Part shown: in pieces, positions 16,648 to 34,139 of the stretch
How the letters are laid out: every line of letters starts with the position of its first letter
Numbering within the stretch: position 1 is the stretch's first letter
NCBI RefSeq assembly: GCF_009914755.1
Contig: NC_060927.1
Length of the DNA: 64,000 nt
From: the human T2T-CHM13v2.0 reference genome, Homo sapiens
Strand: one strand, 5' to 3'
Notes under the pieces: generated by a model
Told to the model about the DNA's origin: nothing
The model's input: only the letters and a program-made list of their open reading frames with translations
Database searches by the model: none
Program-made: the position numbers and the translations under genes

Positions 16648-17328
16648 AAAAAGTCCACGGCATAGAAGCAGAGAGTGGAATGGTGATTACTAGAGGATGG
16701 CAATAGGGGCACTGGAGAGATGTTGGTCAAAGAATGCAAAATTTCAGTTAGACAGGAGAAATAAGTTCAAGATATATATTGTATATCATATGACTATCAT
16801 TATTAATAGTACAGGCTAACTATTCCTTATCGAAAATATTTGGGACAAGAAGTGTGTTGGGTTTACAATTTTTTTCAGATTTTGGAATATTTGCATATAC
16901 ATAATGAGTTATCTTGGGAATAGGATCCAAGCCCAAACACAGAATTCATTTATGTTTCATATACACAAAGTCTGAAGTAATTTTATACAATATTTTAAAT
17001 AATTTTGTGCATATAACAAATGTGTTTTGACTTTGATCCATTGCATAAGGTCAGGTGCATGTTGGTGCTCAAAAAGTTTCAGATATTGGGGCATTTAAGA
17101 TTTCAGATTTTCAGATTATGGATGTTCTGCTTGTGTATGGTATACCTGAAAATCGTTAAAAGAATAGATTTGAAAGGCCCTAACCAAAGAAAATGATAAG
17201 TGTACGAGATAATATATGTGTATTAATTAGTTTGATTTAGCATTTCACAATGTATAAATACATCAGAGCATCATCTTTTATAGCATACATACATACAAAC
17301 TTTGTCAATTAAAAATAAAATTATAAAA
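16648..17328 (+). mobile_element. L1MA-type 3' end, interrupted by Tigger4
   Basis: catagaagcagagagtggaatggtgattactagagg...atttcagttagacaggagaaataagttcaaga; resumes ...gtcaattaaaaataaaa. Confidence 0.8.
16812..17135 (+). mobile_element. Tigger4b/MER46 (TcMar) non-autonomous element
   Basis: ta|caggctaactattccttatcgaaaatatttgggacaagaagtg...cagattttggaatatttgcatatacataatgag...ttcagattttcagattatggatg. Confidence 0.8.
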
Positions 17329-17419
17329 CAAAGACAGGAAATGTGGTCTTTCTAAAGTAGTTTTATTGAAATACACAAGCAGATCACCTGTTAATAAAAT
17401 ACACATCAATATATAGAGA

Positions 17420-17421
<2 letters not shown>

Positions 17422-17456
<35 letters not shown>
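17422..17456. repeat. (TG)n microsatellite, ~17 units
   Basis: Seen directly in the sequence. Confidence 0.97.
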
Positions 17457-17458
<2 letters not shown>

Positions 17459-17773
17459 TTGTTTTTTTGTTTGTTTGTTTTGACACAGGGTCTTGGATCT
17501 TGTTCTGTAACCCAGGCTGGAGTTCAGTGGCACGATCATAGCTCACTGTAACCTTGAACTCTTGGGCTGAAGCAATCCTCCTCAGTTTCCAAGTAGGTAG
17601 GGCTACAGTTGTACACTACCATGCTTGCCTAATTTTTATAATTATTTTTTCACAGAAATTGAATCTCGGTAATGTGGCCCAGGCTGGTCTCAAACTCCTG
17701 GCCTTGAACAATTTTCCCCCTTCGACCTTCCAAAGCACTGGGATTATAGGTGTGAGCCACTGTGCCCAACCCT
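17459..17773 (-). mobile_element. AluJ
   Basis: Diverged dimer with AluJ diagnostics (acagggtctt, gatcatagctcactg, aagcaatcctcc). Confidence 0.9.
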
Positions 17774-19670
17774 GATTTGCTTTTTTATGAGGACACAAAT
17801 CTAAGATAAATAACTTAATTTACACATTCATTTTCTCAAGGACACCAAAAATGATACTGTAAATTGTACTACCTTCTAATTATCAAATACCAACTTTAGA
17901 TTATTATCTTGAGAATTTATTTAAATAAATATCATGAGAAGTGGGTACATAAATTATATTATATTTTTTCAAAATTCAGACTCTTTTCCAAGTCTAAGTT
18001 TTGGACATGGCCAAATTTAGAATTTACGTGTTAACTTAAAAAAAAAGAAGTTGTAACAAGAAAAATAGAGGCCTAATACTGGATTCTGAAATAAGTAAAA
18101 TAAGTATTTGAAACAACTTCTATGTAATCACACACAAAGAACATTCTTCCTTAAGATTCATAAAGTCTTCAGGAAAAAACAACAACACAACACTCTGGAA
18201 TGATGGGAGGATGCACAAATGCATTCTAGTTATATAAATGTAATACAAATTCCTTACAGAAACACACTCATTTTGACAGTAGAATGTCTAATCAGCATTC
18301 ATTTTTGTCTTACAAATAATTTATAAGCCACAGTTTACAAAAAAAATGGCCTATTTACTTATCTCTTTTAGGTCGACTGTTTTATAATGTCTTGAGAAAG
18401 TTTAATAGATTTTTAGCTAAATTTCTACTTGATACAGTGATGTATGCTGTGAAAGGTGGAAGGTGTGGTTTACCACCCAACTCTGGGCTATCTCCACCTC
18501 AGTTTTTCTGTTCTGCTCTTACATTCTGCTTTTTTCTGAAGCAAAATGATTTATACTAATGCAATAAATGGCTTGCATTTTCACCATCAAGTTAAAATTA
18601 AAGGAGAAAATAAAGGGGAGGTTAATTTTAAATGTTACCCTTAAAGTAAAGTTTGAAGGGGGATTAGTAAATAATTTACATTCATACATGTTTGGGTATG
18701 TATAAGTTCTAGATTACATCTTTTTAAAGCCATGTTCATTTACCTTATCATGTGTTGCTAGCAATGACATATGTAACAACATACAATATATGAAACATTT
18801 CTTCATATTAACAAGTGTGCAGAAATAAAATTGGAAAAATTATTTTTAGAATACAAAAAATGCAAAATTCTTTATCAGATGTATAACTTAAGCTTTTTTG
18901 AAAAGCAATTTGACAATGATATGAGCTTAAAGCATTGTATAAACTTTGGCCATGTAATTTTGATTCTAGGATTCTCTCTTATGAAAATAATTATAATAAA
19001 ATATTGATACTTTTCTCTGTTTTCCCATTTTTTGGAGGAAAATCTGTCATTTTAAAACCAAAAGAAGAAAAATACAGTTTTTAAAACTGTAGAACATGTT
19101 AATATACTGATTACATTCAAGGAAAAGAAGGAGATGGAAGCTTTACACCAGCTATGTGTTATGTTTTGTTCAAAGATATCTGAAGAAAATGAGGAAAATA
19201 TGAACATCTGATAACTGATATATATTGTCTTTTAAAAATTAAAAATAAAAACTAACAATAAGATGAATAAAAGACAAGCTTTTTAATTATATTGCCTATT
19301 TAGTCCCTCTCTGTTCTGGTACTAATTACTTATTTGTACAAAGAATCTACTCTCGTAATCAATGCAACATTAAACAACCTCTTTGACGATGTGAGTATTC
19401 AATACACCAGTGTTGGCTTGTTCTGTTTAATTCAGAATTACAATGACTTTACTTTGAATTTTGATTTAATTACACTAATCCAATATGGGCTATTGATTAT
19501 CAATTTAATTTATTTCATTGAGACTGTGGTGCTTTTTCTCTCTTCTTTCCTTTACTTGATTAAAAAACAGAGCAAAACAAAACAGAAAACACCAAGCACT
19601 TAAAACCGAGAACAGAATAAGAACTACCTTGGGAGTGGAGAATGCAAAAAACTCCAGTGACCTAAAAATG

Positions 19671-19804
19671 GCTACTGAACTATACTCATGTGATTTTGAA
19701 GGAATTAAGAGCCTATTAACAAAGAATTATGTTGAAATGCTACTGAACCATACTCATGTGATTTTGAAGGAATTAAGTCTTCTAAGAAGAAATTATGTTG
19801 AAAT
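19671..19804. repeat. ~67-bp tandem duplication (2 copies)
   Basis: gctactgaac(t/c)atactcatgtgattttgaaggaattaag...aattatgttgaaat at 19671-19738 and 19739-19804. Confidence 0.92.
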
Positions 19805-22800
19805 GCCTTACTGCTAAATGTAGAATCTAGAGTAAACTACTGGGAATATAAAAAAAAAGTGTATAAGGCATTTTGTGTTGTGATTATTTTACAATCTAAA
19901 ACACCATGAGTAAATAATATATCTTTAGAAAGTTTAGTTTCAGTAAAAATTAAGCGGACACAGTTATAGGTTTTTTTTCCCCCCAATCAAAACAAAAGAA
20001 TAGCATCATTTTTCCCTTGGGGAGGGGGTTCTGTGTTAGAATTGACATTATCTACTTTCTTGAACACTGTAATAAAAATGAGAATGTGGGAGGGACTTGG
20101 GGTTTTTTGTTCACTAAAATGTTAATACGTGAGTATATTTATGTTTGTGGGATATATTGATAATTTTTGCTTTCTACATATTTCAATTGTATATTTTTGT
20201 AGCCTGCAACTTTTCCTCCAAGACTGATTTCTCTCTGGAGGAAATCCCTTCAGCTGATTCCCAAGTTCTTGCATATTTAATTTCTCTCTTGTTCTGGATT
20301 CCGTTACTTTTCCTAATTACTTATTTGTACTAAAAAGAATCTGCTCTATTGTAATATTAAACTTGAAGCCTACTTTATGTTGCTTATTAAATATAACTAA
20401 TAAACCTTATTAAAATAAGAAATTATATTTAGGAATTGATCTATAACTTGGCATAAGTGAATTATTTAGATGAAAATAATATATCTAAATAATATATATA
20501 TATATACACACACAGGTATATATACAGATATATATGAGGTATAGAAGGAAAAAAGACATCCATGGCAATGAATCTTGTATAACAAATTGGAAATAGCATA
20601 TGGACTTTTGTATTGTTTTCTAAGCTCTAATTCAAATTAATAAGGATAATATCATGATATCTGAAATACTTTTAACTAAACTGATCTCTAAAAAAGGAGG
20701 CAGAGGTAAAAGAAAATGGCACCTGGATAAATTACCTTCTCATTTAGTCTCTTTTTCAAGTCTTCTAAAATGTTCTACTTTCTCATAGACTGTCATCACT
20801 TCAAAAATGACAGTGAAAAAAGTGGCAATTGTATTAGTTTGAGAGCCATGTTCAGACCAAGATTATATAAAGTCAATATCACCTTCTAATGTATTGACTG
20901 GGAAGTTGATCCAATTTTCTTTTGCCTTCTTTTCAAAAATGTTGTTTCTGGTTTCATTAAGGAAATGAAAAAAATCAGACATAAATATATTGTCTCAAAA
21001 AGGATATTGGGTTCATTTCTCTGTGTAGAGAACCAGGGTATCTAGTGACAGAGACGTGCTACAAGTCGGAGAAAAATAAAGGAAAAGAAAGGTAGCATGC
21101 AAAAATATAAAAGTTCAGTGTTCCTAACATGGTCCATATGGGTTCCCTTGGTATGGACTACCCAGCCAGTAATAACTGGTGTTGGGAAGGCAGATGGAAC
21201 AGGGTAATTTCCACCTAAGTAATTAAGAATGGTTCTAAATTATATATAATTATCATTTTCTAATAAGAGAAAGTTTGGAAGAGTCATTCAAAAATATTCT
21301 TAAAAAAGAATGAGCAAGTCAATGGTTAGATGTAATAATCTATTCTGCAGCATAACAATGTTAATTCAAGAATTAGAGAATATTTTAGAAAAAAATTAGA
21401 TACATACTTCACCCATACAAATGACAAAAGAATATCCAATGAGCTAGATTTAATTTTGAAATGGTCATCATATTTTAAGGAGAATAAAATTACATTCAAT
21501 TATTATGGATCATGCAGAAGGGAAGAATAAATATCAAAGTATGGAATAGCATATAGACATTATGGCCTAAAACTGAAATATTTTAATGCATAAAAAGGAA
21601 CAAATACATAAAAAGAAAAAAATGACCAAAATATATTGTGGCAAGTGTTTTCAAATTCTTTGTCACAATAAGACATATGATGAGGTGATATATTAATAAT
21701 AATAATTTTTAAAGTTCCATGGATTGGAAAATGTAGTTCATAACAAGGAATTATAACCAAGAAGCAGAAAATGTAATCAGAAATGAAAAAATACTACTTA
21801 GTAATAAGCATAATAAGTTAGCATTTTGTTGATTAATTTATAAACCTGGGAAATAATTCTGCCCAATTTTGTTCAGTGAGGTCTCATAGCAAGTATGGCC
21901 ACCATTGTGAAAAAAGTATAAAACAAGAGTTAAACATACATACATTCCATTTAAATGAAAAATCACTATCTTAAAAAATCTAATATTTTTAAAACATAAA
22001 TTAAAAAATGTTAGATTTTAAAGATTTTTTATTGAAAAATAAAAATGTTCTAAAAATGTTTTGATACTTTATTGCAGCATTAAGCATTAAAAATTAGGAG
22101 CCACTTGAATTTCCATACATTAGGAGATAATCTAATAGTAAAACTTTTTCTCAGTGATATACTAGGCAGCAAATTAAATATGAGGACTTTGAAGACTGAT
22201 GTGGCACAAAATATTCATTGACATGAACTTACTAGAAATTTGTTTGCCAAAGCATACAGTACAACTAAAACTATTAGTAGCAATAAATAATGGAAAATGT
22301 AAAACTTGTCAGAGCAGCTGTCATTAATGAAATCATAACTATTAATTTTATATATTTTTCTCATGTGCTCATTCTACCTTTATTATTGGTTAAAAAACAA
22401 TCACAGATAGATAAGATAGGTAAGATAGATATATCAGTAAGGTAAATGGATAGATGAAGTAGACAGATTCACCTCTTTTAATTTTGCTTTTCCACATATA
22501 GATAAATATATATGATAGATAATAATTTGATTACTTAGAAGTAAATTCTAGACTATTTTTCATATGGTCTATTCTTCCAGAATATGCTTCTATTGAAGAA
22601 ATCCTAAAGGGTCAATTGTGAAATTTGCCTTTATTTCCCTCCTGAATTATTTTCCATTTAGTTAACAAAGAGGCAGATTTGTAGCTAAACTACCATTAAG
22701 AAGTTACTTAATTCAATCTTAAAGTATTCCTAAAGGGAACCACCATTAATAGAGAGAAAGTATTGCTGGCACAATAAAATTTTTTGAGAAATTGAAGTGT

Positions 22801-23859
22801 TTAGTCAGGCAGCAAGAACATTAATAATTTATGAAGGAACTCAACACATAAAGCAGACAGAGTTGACTCTTGACCATTGAAGAATAAATCAAGAAATCCA
22901 CTGAGGAGATGTTGAAAGTGCTGATAAGCTTTAAAATAATAGTTTTTTTTGACCTCTCTAAACACTTGCCATATTTGATCACAAAATGAAAGTTTAATAC
23001 AGGTCTGTATATTTAGAACATACCTTCCTATTCATAACATCAATTATGCACTGTGTAGTTTTTTTCAAAGAGAGATCATTAAAGGACGTTTATAACTAAG
23101 ATATATATTTATTAATTTATATATATATATATGACATTAACATTTATGGGTAGAGTATGAGATGTAACCATCTAAAATAAAAACAGTACGTTTGAGTGAA
23201 CAAATGCCACCTCTAATGGATATCTGTGGCTCAAATTTGAAAAGTTTGATTAGAATTGATTATTATTTTTCCTTCCTGAGGCGTGAAAATAATATATGGT
23301 ATGGAATTTTTCTGAGATTCCATGATATGTTACTAAACAACACAGTACAAGCACAGGGAGCCCCCCCTACATGGCAACAGAACATGATTTGTGCGCCTTC
23401 CAGGTTTGTCTGACATCTGAAAAGCAGATTTCTCGGACATTTCAAAATCTCGAAGTACCATAAATACAATAACATTCTAAATCAAATTGATAAATTGACC
23501 CCTATATAAATATGCATTTTTATAGATAAAGCAACATATTAAAGGTTGAGACCTCTTGAATCCTCTCACAGTCTCTTCCAAAGGCACACCTACCAGGGGT
23601 ACAATTTTTGCAATTATCCTGAGTCCATAGGTGAGGATTCAGAGAAAGTCTTGGATAGGAGCTGCTATTTATTAAAACGTATGTTGTTGTTTTTTTTTCA
23701 TAATTATAGAGCTCACAGTTTTTAGTTAACCAACTGGTTGACTACAATACAGACATTTTCTAGATCTAGGTTCTGGCCAATAAGATATGAGTGAAAACGA
23801 TATGTGGCAGCTTCTGGGAACATTTCTTGAAAGGTAGTTACTGTTTGCCTTTGGTCCAT

Positions 23860-24339
23860 TTTTTAAATATAATTTTAGTTGTTATTTTAGAGTCACGGAG
23901 TGTATGTGTAGGTTTGTCATATGGGTTTATTACATGATGCTCAGGTTTGGGGTACAAATGATCCTGTCACCCAGGTACTGAGCATAGTACAAATAGTTTT
24001 TCAGCCCTTGTCCTCCTCCCTCCCTTCTCTCTCTAATACTTCCCAACATCTGTTGTTGCCATCTTTATGTCCCTAAGTACCCAGTGTTTAGTTCCTACAC
24101 ATAAGTGAAAACATGCGGTATTTGATTTCCTGTTCCTATGTTAATTTGCTTAGGATAATAGCCTCCAGCTGCATCCATGTTGCTGCAAAAGACATGATTT
24201 TGGTTTTTTATGGCTGCATAGTATTCCATAGTGTATTACATTTTCTTTATTCAATCCACCAGTGATAGGTAGCTAGGTTGATTTCATGTCTTTGCTATTG
24301 TGCATAGTGCTGTGATGAACACATGTGTGTGTGTGTGTT

Positions 24340-24389
<50 letters not shown>

Positions 24390-25408
24390 TTTCTGGGAGA
24401 ACAATTTATTTTCTTTTGGATATGTACCCAGTAATGGGATTGCTGTGTCAAATGATAGTTCCGTTTCAAGTTATTTAAGAAATCTGCAAACTGCTTTCCA
24501 CAGTGGCTGAACTAATAATTTACATTCCCACAAACAATGTAAAAGTGTTCACTTTATTCTTCAACCTCGCCAGCATCTGTTGTTGTTTGGCTTTTTAGTA
24601 GTATCCATTCTGACTGGTGTGAGATGGTGCCTTATTGTGGTTTTGATTTGTATTTTTGATGATTAATGATGCTGAACACTTTTTCATGTTTGTTGGCCAC
24701 CTGTATGTCTTCTTTTGAAAAGTGCCTGTTAGTGTCTTTTGCCTACTTTTTAATGGGGTTATTTGTTTTTTGCTCTTTCAATTAAGTTCCTTATAGATTC
24801 TGGACATTAGAGCTTTGTCAGATGCATACTTTGTGAATATTTTCTCCCATTCTGTGGGTTGTCCGTTAATGCTGTTTTTAGTTTCAATTTTTGTTTTTAT
24901 GGCAGTTGCTTCTGAGGACTTAGCCGTAAATTCTTTCCCAAGGTCACCATTTTAGAAAGTGTTTCCTAAGTTTTCTGCTAGGATTCTTATAGTTAAGGTC
25001 TTACATTTAAATATTTAATACATCTTGAGAGAATTTTTGTACCTTGTAAAAGGTAAGGGTCCAGTTTCATTCTTCTGCATATGGTAGCCATTTATCCCAT
25101 CACCATTTATCGAATAGAGAGTCCTTTACACATTTTTTATTTTTGTCAACTTTGTTGAAAATCAGATGACTGTAGATGTGCAGCTTTATTTCTTGAGTCT
25201 CTATTCCATTCCACTGGTTGATATGTCTGTCTTTATACTGGTACCATGCTGTTTTGGTTACTGTGGCCTTATAGTGTAGTCTGAAATCAAGTGATGCAAT
25301 GCCTCCAGGTTTGTTCTTTTTTGTTTAGGATTGCTTTGGGTATTTGAGCTCTGTTTTGGTTCCTTATGAATTTTAAGATAGTTTTTTCTAGTTCTGTGAA
25401 AAAATGAT
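23860..25408 (-). mobile_element. L1PA15/16-like 3' portion
   Basis: aggtttggggtacaaatgatcctgtcacccaggtactgagcatagtac...tagcctccagctgcatccatgttgctgcaaaagacatga. Confidence 0.85.
24324..24387. repeat. Interrupted (TG)n microsatellite inside the L1
   Basis: Seen directly; two TT interruptions. Confidence 0.95.
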
Positions 25409-25689
25409 ATCCTTTTTTCTATCCTATTAGCTGGACATACATGTTGCCATTTTGTACAATCATACCAAGGTTCACACTACCGAGATGACAGAACTATGAG
25501 CTAAAACGGGCCTGAGTTCCTGTGGAGTCTGTAGAACAGAGCCAACTAACCTTATTACAAAAGATAGAAATAAATTTCTGCCCTTTGTCAGCCATTGTTA
25601 TTTTCAGTTTCTAAAACTTGCTGTCAAACATAATTCTAATTATTATTATACAGATGAAAAAACAAAACTGAATATATCAAGTAGCTTTA

Positions 25690-25955
25690 GAGCTGCACTG
25701 CCCCATATGATAGACAATACACTGCCCAATACACAGCAACACATGGATATTGAGTGATTGTCTAGCACCAATTGAGATGTACATGTAACATATGCAATGT
25801 ATTCTGAAGGCCTGGAACAAAAAATAATTTAAATGCTCCATTAATTATTTTTGTATTGATTATATTTGAAATAATATTTTGGATATATTATATCAAATAT
25901 ACTACTAAAATTAAGTTCATCTTAAATTACCCATATGGCTCACTTTATGACTATG
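25690..25955. mobile_element. MER33/MER3 (hAT-Charlie) element
   Basis: agagctgcactgccccatatg...tgtattgattatatttgaaataatattttggatatatt...taaattacccatatggctcac. Confidence 0.65.
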
Positions 25956-26599
25956 GGCAGGGCTTTTATTGAAAGTAGACTATACAAAGCAGATTATATA
26001 AAGTAGACTATATATCTAAACTTCGTCCTCTCATGCATAGGCTCTTCCCATCAGATCACACCACTGCTGTTGGCATGGTAAGATGTACAACTGAGTTATA
26101 TTGCACACAAAACTAAATATCATCAGGTAAATATCATCGTTGAAACTAGTGACATAAAAATCACACCATCCATAATTAAAAGAAAATGGCCAAAGTCAGA
26201 AGGATATGCACAATTCTAAGGATATTTGAAGCAAAATCTACAGCTGAAATGGTAAAAGCATATAATCTGGAAGAAGCAGCTTTCTGAGTTGGTAAAATTT
26301 TAAGCAATGACAATGTCTAATTGGCATAAATGGGTATGGTTTTGCTCAGGTGGACAATTAGTGAGGATGTTAAGATATGACATGGTGAGGGGATTTATAA
26401 AGTCCTGAGGTAACCCACTTCACATAATATAATTGACAAAAATTTATAACTCATTGTCTCTTCTTTTTCAAACTTAAATCTTGTGCTGGTTATTTTCTGA
26501 TCCATTGAAGGTCACTGATCCCCTCAGTTCACAACAGCATACCTGCTACTTTTCCTGGGATCCAATAACAATTCCATTCCTTCCCTCTTCAGGCATTGG

Positions 26600-26800
26600 T
26601 ATTGATTATTCAATTAACCTTCACACGAATCTAAGAGATAGGCATTATTGTGCCTATCTCTATTTTAATGATGTGAAAACCAAAGCATGAAGAGACTGAA
26701 AACAATCACCCAAGTTCGCACAACTAGTAAGCAACAGAGTCAGATTCCAACCCAGGTAAAATGGCTTTAACTTCAAACACTTAATATTTGTGCTGTATTG
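26600..26800 (-). mobile_element. MIR
   Basis: attttaatgatgtgaaaaccaaagc...cccaagttcgcacaactagtaagcaacagagtcagattccaacccagg. Confidence 0.75.
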
Positions 26801-28081
26801 TCAGTGGTGTAATAGCCAGTTATGAATTACCTGTCAGCATCCATTCCCCATGTTTTAAAACCAAGAATTCAAATGTAATTTGGAATCCTTGTGGATCTTG
26901 TACATCTGAGTCTGCTCTTAATCCTACTCGTGGCTTCTGGCCACAACTTTCCCAGTAGTGGCCACGTGGCCTAAAGCAGATCAACCAGGGTATCTCAAAG
27001 GACTTTTACTGAGATCATGGTGACCTACTATTCCCTTGGATATAAGTTAGGAAGCATGTGATTTTAGGAACCTTAGCATTGGCATCAAGAAAAGAAGAGA
27101 AAACAGAAATAAATCAAGTCTTAAAGGTTAATGTAAAATTCTAAAGGGTCTAAAATCTAAATAGTTGTGCCCTATTAGCATATGAAAATGTCTCAGAATT
27201 GATCATTTCTATGCTTTCTATCACTTTCATATGTCCTAACATATAACATATGAAAATGTCTTAAAATGTATTATTTCTATCATAATTAGTATCCATTTTT
27301 TAGAACAGAATACATCCTTCTTTTCATTTTAATTATAATTAATCTATTTAATTAAGAAGAACAATTTATACATCTTCCAAAATACAGCTTTTAGTCCAAT
27401 GTGTATCTGATAAGCATTTTAAATAATCCTGAATCTCTTAATATAATGAAAATAATAACTATTTTTATTAATGCCTGGGGTATAAAAATTTAGTAATTAT
27501 CTACATTTTGTTCCAAAGAGTGTTCCTGGAAAAAATATGAAACATTATTTAAGAAACTGCTATTTTATCATCTTCATAATTTTGAACAATTCATTACAAT
27601 AAAAATAGCTAAGCAGTTTTTAGCATGTGTACTCTATTAATGCCATGTCTCCATTTTTACTTATAGAAAGTTTCATTTGTAAAAATCTGTGTGGTCTCTT
27701 ATATGAACTAACTTAAACTATGTTTTCTTTGATAAATGAATGTAATGCCAATGCTTAGAGAAACAAAACAGTATAGGGAAACTTAGAAGAATGAAATTAT
27801 TTTAAACTTTTGCTTATAATTAAACTAGATGGTAAATTGGCCTAATACTTCTATTTTTGAAAATCTTTTAGAGTTTCATTGGACCACTTAGATTTTTGTG
27901 ACTATCACTGTTGAAAATTCCAAAGAGAGTCTTTGATGAAGAAAAATGAATAGATGGTGTTTTGTGGCAGATATTTTTATGTTGGACAGATTTATTGTTT
28001 TATATAATGACACCTACAGTCATAATATGAAAATATTTTCCATACTACAGTTAAGGTGGCTTTTATGAATAGAATTTTTGT

Positions 28082-31853
<3,772 letters not shown>

Positions 31854-32083
31854 GAAAAGAATTTTTTAATGCTGAAATTTAACTGAGCCAGTCAAAACAC
31901 CAGTAATTTACATAAAGAATCCAAAGTTATTTGGAAAAAATATAAATAACTAATCTTTAAATTTCAAAACTAAGAAGAGTATAACATAACTTATATTGGC
32001 TCCAAACAATCACTAAGTGACTTTTTTTGTCGATGTTAGATTCTCATACAAGGAGTTGTATTCTGTTTTCCTTTTAAGAAACT

Positions 32084-32583
32084 GATGAAAGAGTTAAGAA
32101 TATGCCACCATAAAATATGCTACTGTGGCATATTGACCATTTTGCGTTAATGGCACTTGATAAACAGCAGGTACAACATCACTCTGAGGTTCACTCTGTT
32201 TCTTAAAAGCAGGAGAGGAAAGTTCACATGAAAGCTGTCCTCCCTATACAAGGATTAAAGTAACATTCTTATCAAGATTGGGAAGTGAGATGGAGAGGAT
32301 TCTTTACAGACTGAGAAGATAACTATTTTCTTCTTTTAGCTTCCCCATATAATTAAATTATCTTTTCACAATATAGTATTCATTTTCCAATTCAGCATAA
32401 AATGTTTCAACATCAACTGCATCTTTGAATCTTTATTTTCTTATGAAGGTGCCTCTGCCACATAAAACACGAATTATATAAATTTGTATGCTTTTCTCAT
32501 TTTGATCTGTTATGTGTCAATTTAGTTTTCAAGCCCAGCTGAAAATCCTAAGAGAATAGCAGTAAAATTTTGCCTCCTCTACA
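32084..32583 (+). mobile_element. MER34-family ERV1 solo LTR
   Basis: agaatatgccaccataaaatatgctactgtggcatattg...taaaagcagga...aaatttgtatgcttttctc...ctcctctaca. Confidence 0.75.
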
Positions 32584-32626
32584 TGAAGAAAAGAAAGGAC
32601 AAGTACTTTGTTCAAGAAACAAAACT

Positions 32627-33032
<406 letters not shown>

Positions 33033-33722
33033 TCAATTCAATTACCAAAAGGGAAAGAGAGAACACCAAGATATATCAAGTGTTCATTACACACAGGCAC
33101 ACACAAACAAAATAATATTTTAAATGTAAAAGAGTGGGAAGTACATAACCCACAAAATAGACACATTTTAACTTAAGCAAAACAAAATAAGATCAGTGTA
33201 AACAAACATTCATGACTGATATTTAAGAACCAGTGTCTCCTGTCAATATGTATCCTACATAATCTCATTTCTTTTTCCAAGATCTTAATTTGTTCTCCAG
33301 AATGACCTAGCCTATTATATTACAGCTAAAAAATATACAAACTTGTCAAATCTTTTTTAATAGTTTATATAATTAGTCTAATATGTAATTATTATGTTTC
33401 AAAAGCATTTAATTTAGAATAGAGGAATCTGTAGCTACATAATTATTTTAGCAACTATGTGTACAAAGAATTTTCATATGGGTGTGAGAGACAAATGGGA
33501 GAGAATAAATTATGGAGAGAGAGGAAAAGGTTTTAAAATATTAGACAATTATTAATGTTTCAGAAAAAAAGGTTTTCAATATGTACTGATATCAACAATG
33601 ACATTAATATAATAAATATACATATCTGAAGAGATATAAACTATCAATGGGTCAGACAACTACTTTTACTAGACACTAGATACTGGATGTCACAATAACT
33701 ACATTCTGCATGAAAACGCTTT

Positions 33723-34100
33723 TGTTATGCTCTCAATGTTTGTGTCCCTCCGCCTGCCCCAAATTCAAATGTTGAAACCGAATCACCAATGTGATGCTAT
33801 TAGGAGCCTTTGGTGGTAATTACATCATCACTTCCATTACCATTAAAATAGTCTCACTGTCCTTATAAGAGAGGCCCCAGAGAGCTAGCTGCCTTGCCCG
33901 TTTATTACACCATATGAGGATACAGCAAGAATGCATTTTTATACCAAACCAGGAAGTCTGCCCTCACCAGGCACAGAATCATCTGCTGCTGCATTGACTT
34001 TGGACTTCCTAGCCCCTGGAATTGTGAGAAATAAATTTCTGTTGTTTATAAGCCACCCAGTCTATGAAATTTGTTATAGCACTCTGAATGAAGAAAGACA
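33723..34100 (+). mobile_element. MLT1A LTR
   Basis: tgttatgctctcaatgtttgtgtccc...ccctcaccaggcacagaatc...gtgagaaataaatttctgttgtttataagccacccagtctatg...aagaca. Confidence 0.85.
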
Positions 34101-34139
34101 GGGCTGACATGAGAATTTATGAGCCAATAAAGAAGCTGA

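Larger units (their letters stand above)
23725..25645 (+). mobile_element. Old MaLR LTR (MLT1J/K-like) split by an L1PA
   Basis: ggttctggccaataagatatgagtgaaa...cttctgggaa before the L1; gggcctgagttcc...agaaataaatttctg...gccattgttatttt after it. Confidence 0.6.

Noticed and set aside
19671-19804. Repeat-spacer or CRISPR-like look of the tandem units
   Set aside because: Only two copies, eukaryotic DNA and no cas genes; a simple tandem duplication.
23357-23374. gagccccccctacatgg as a second CTCF site
   Set aside because: The C run is too long (7) and the spacing does not fit the core motif.
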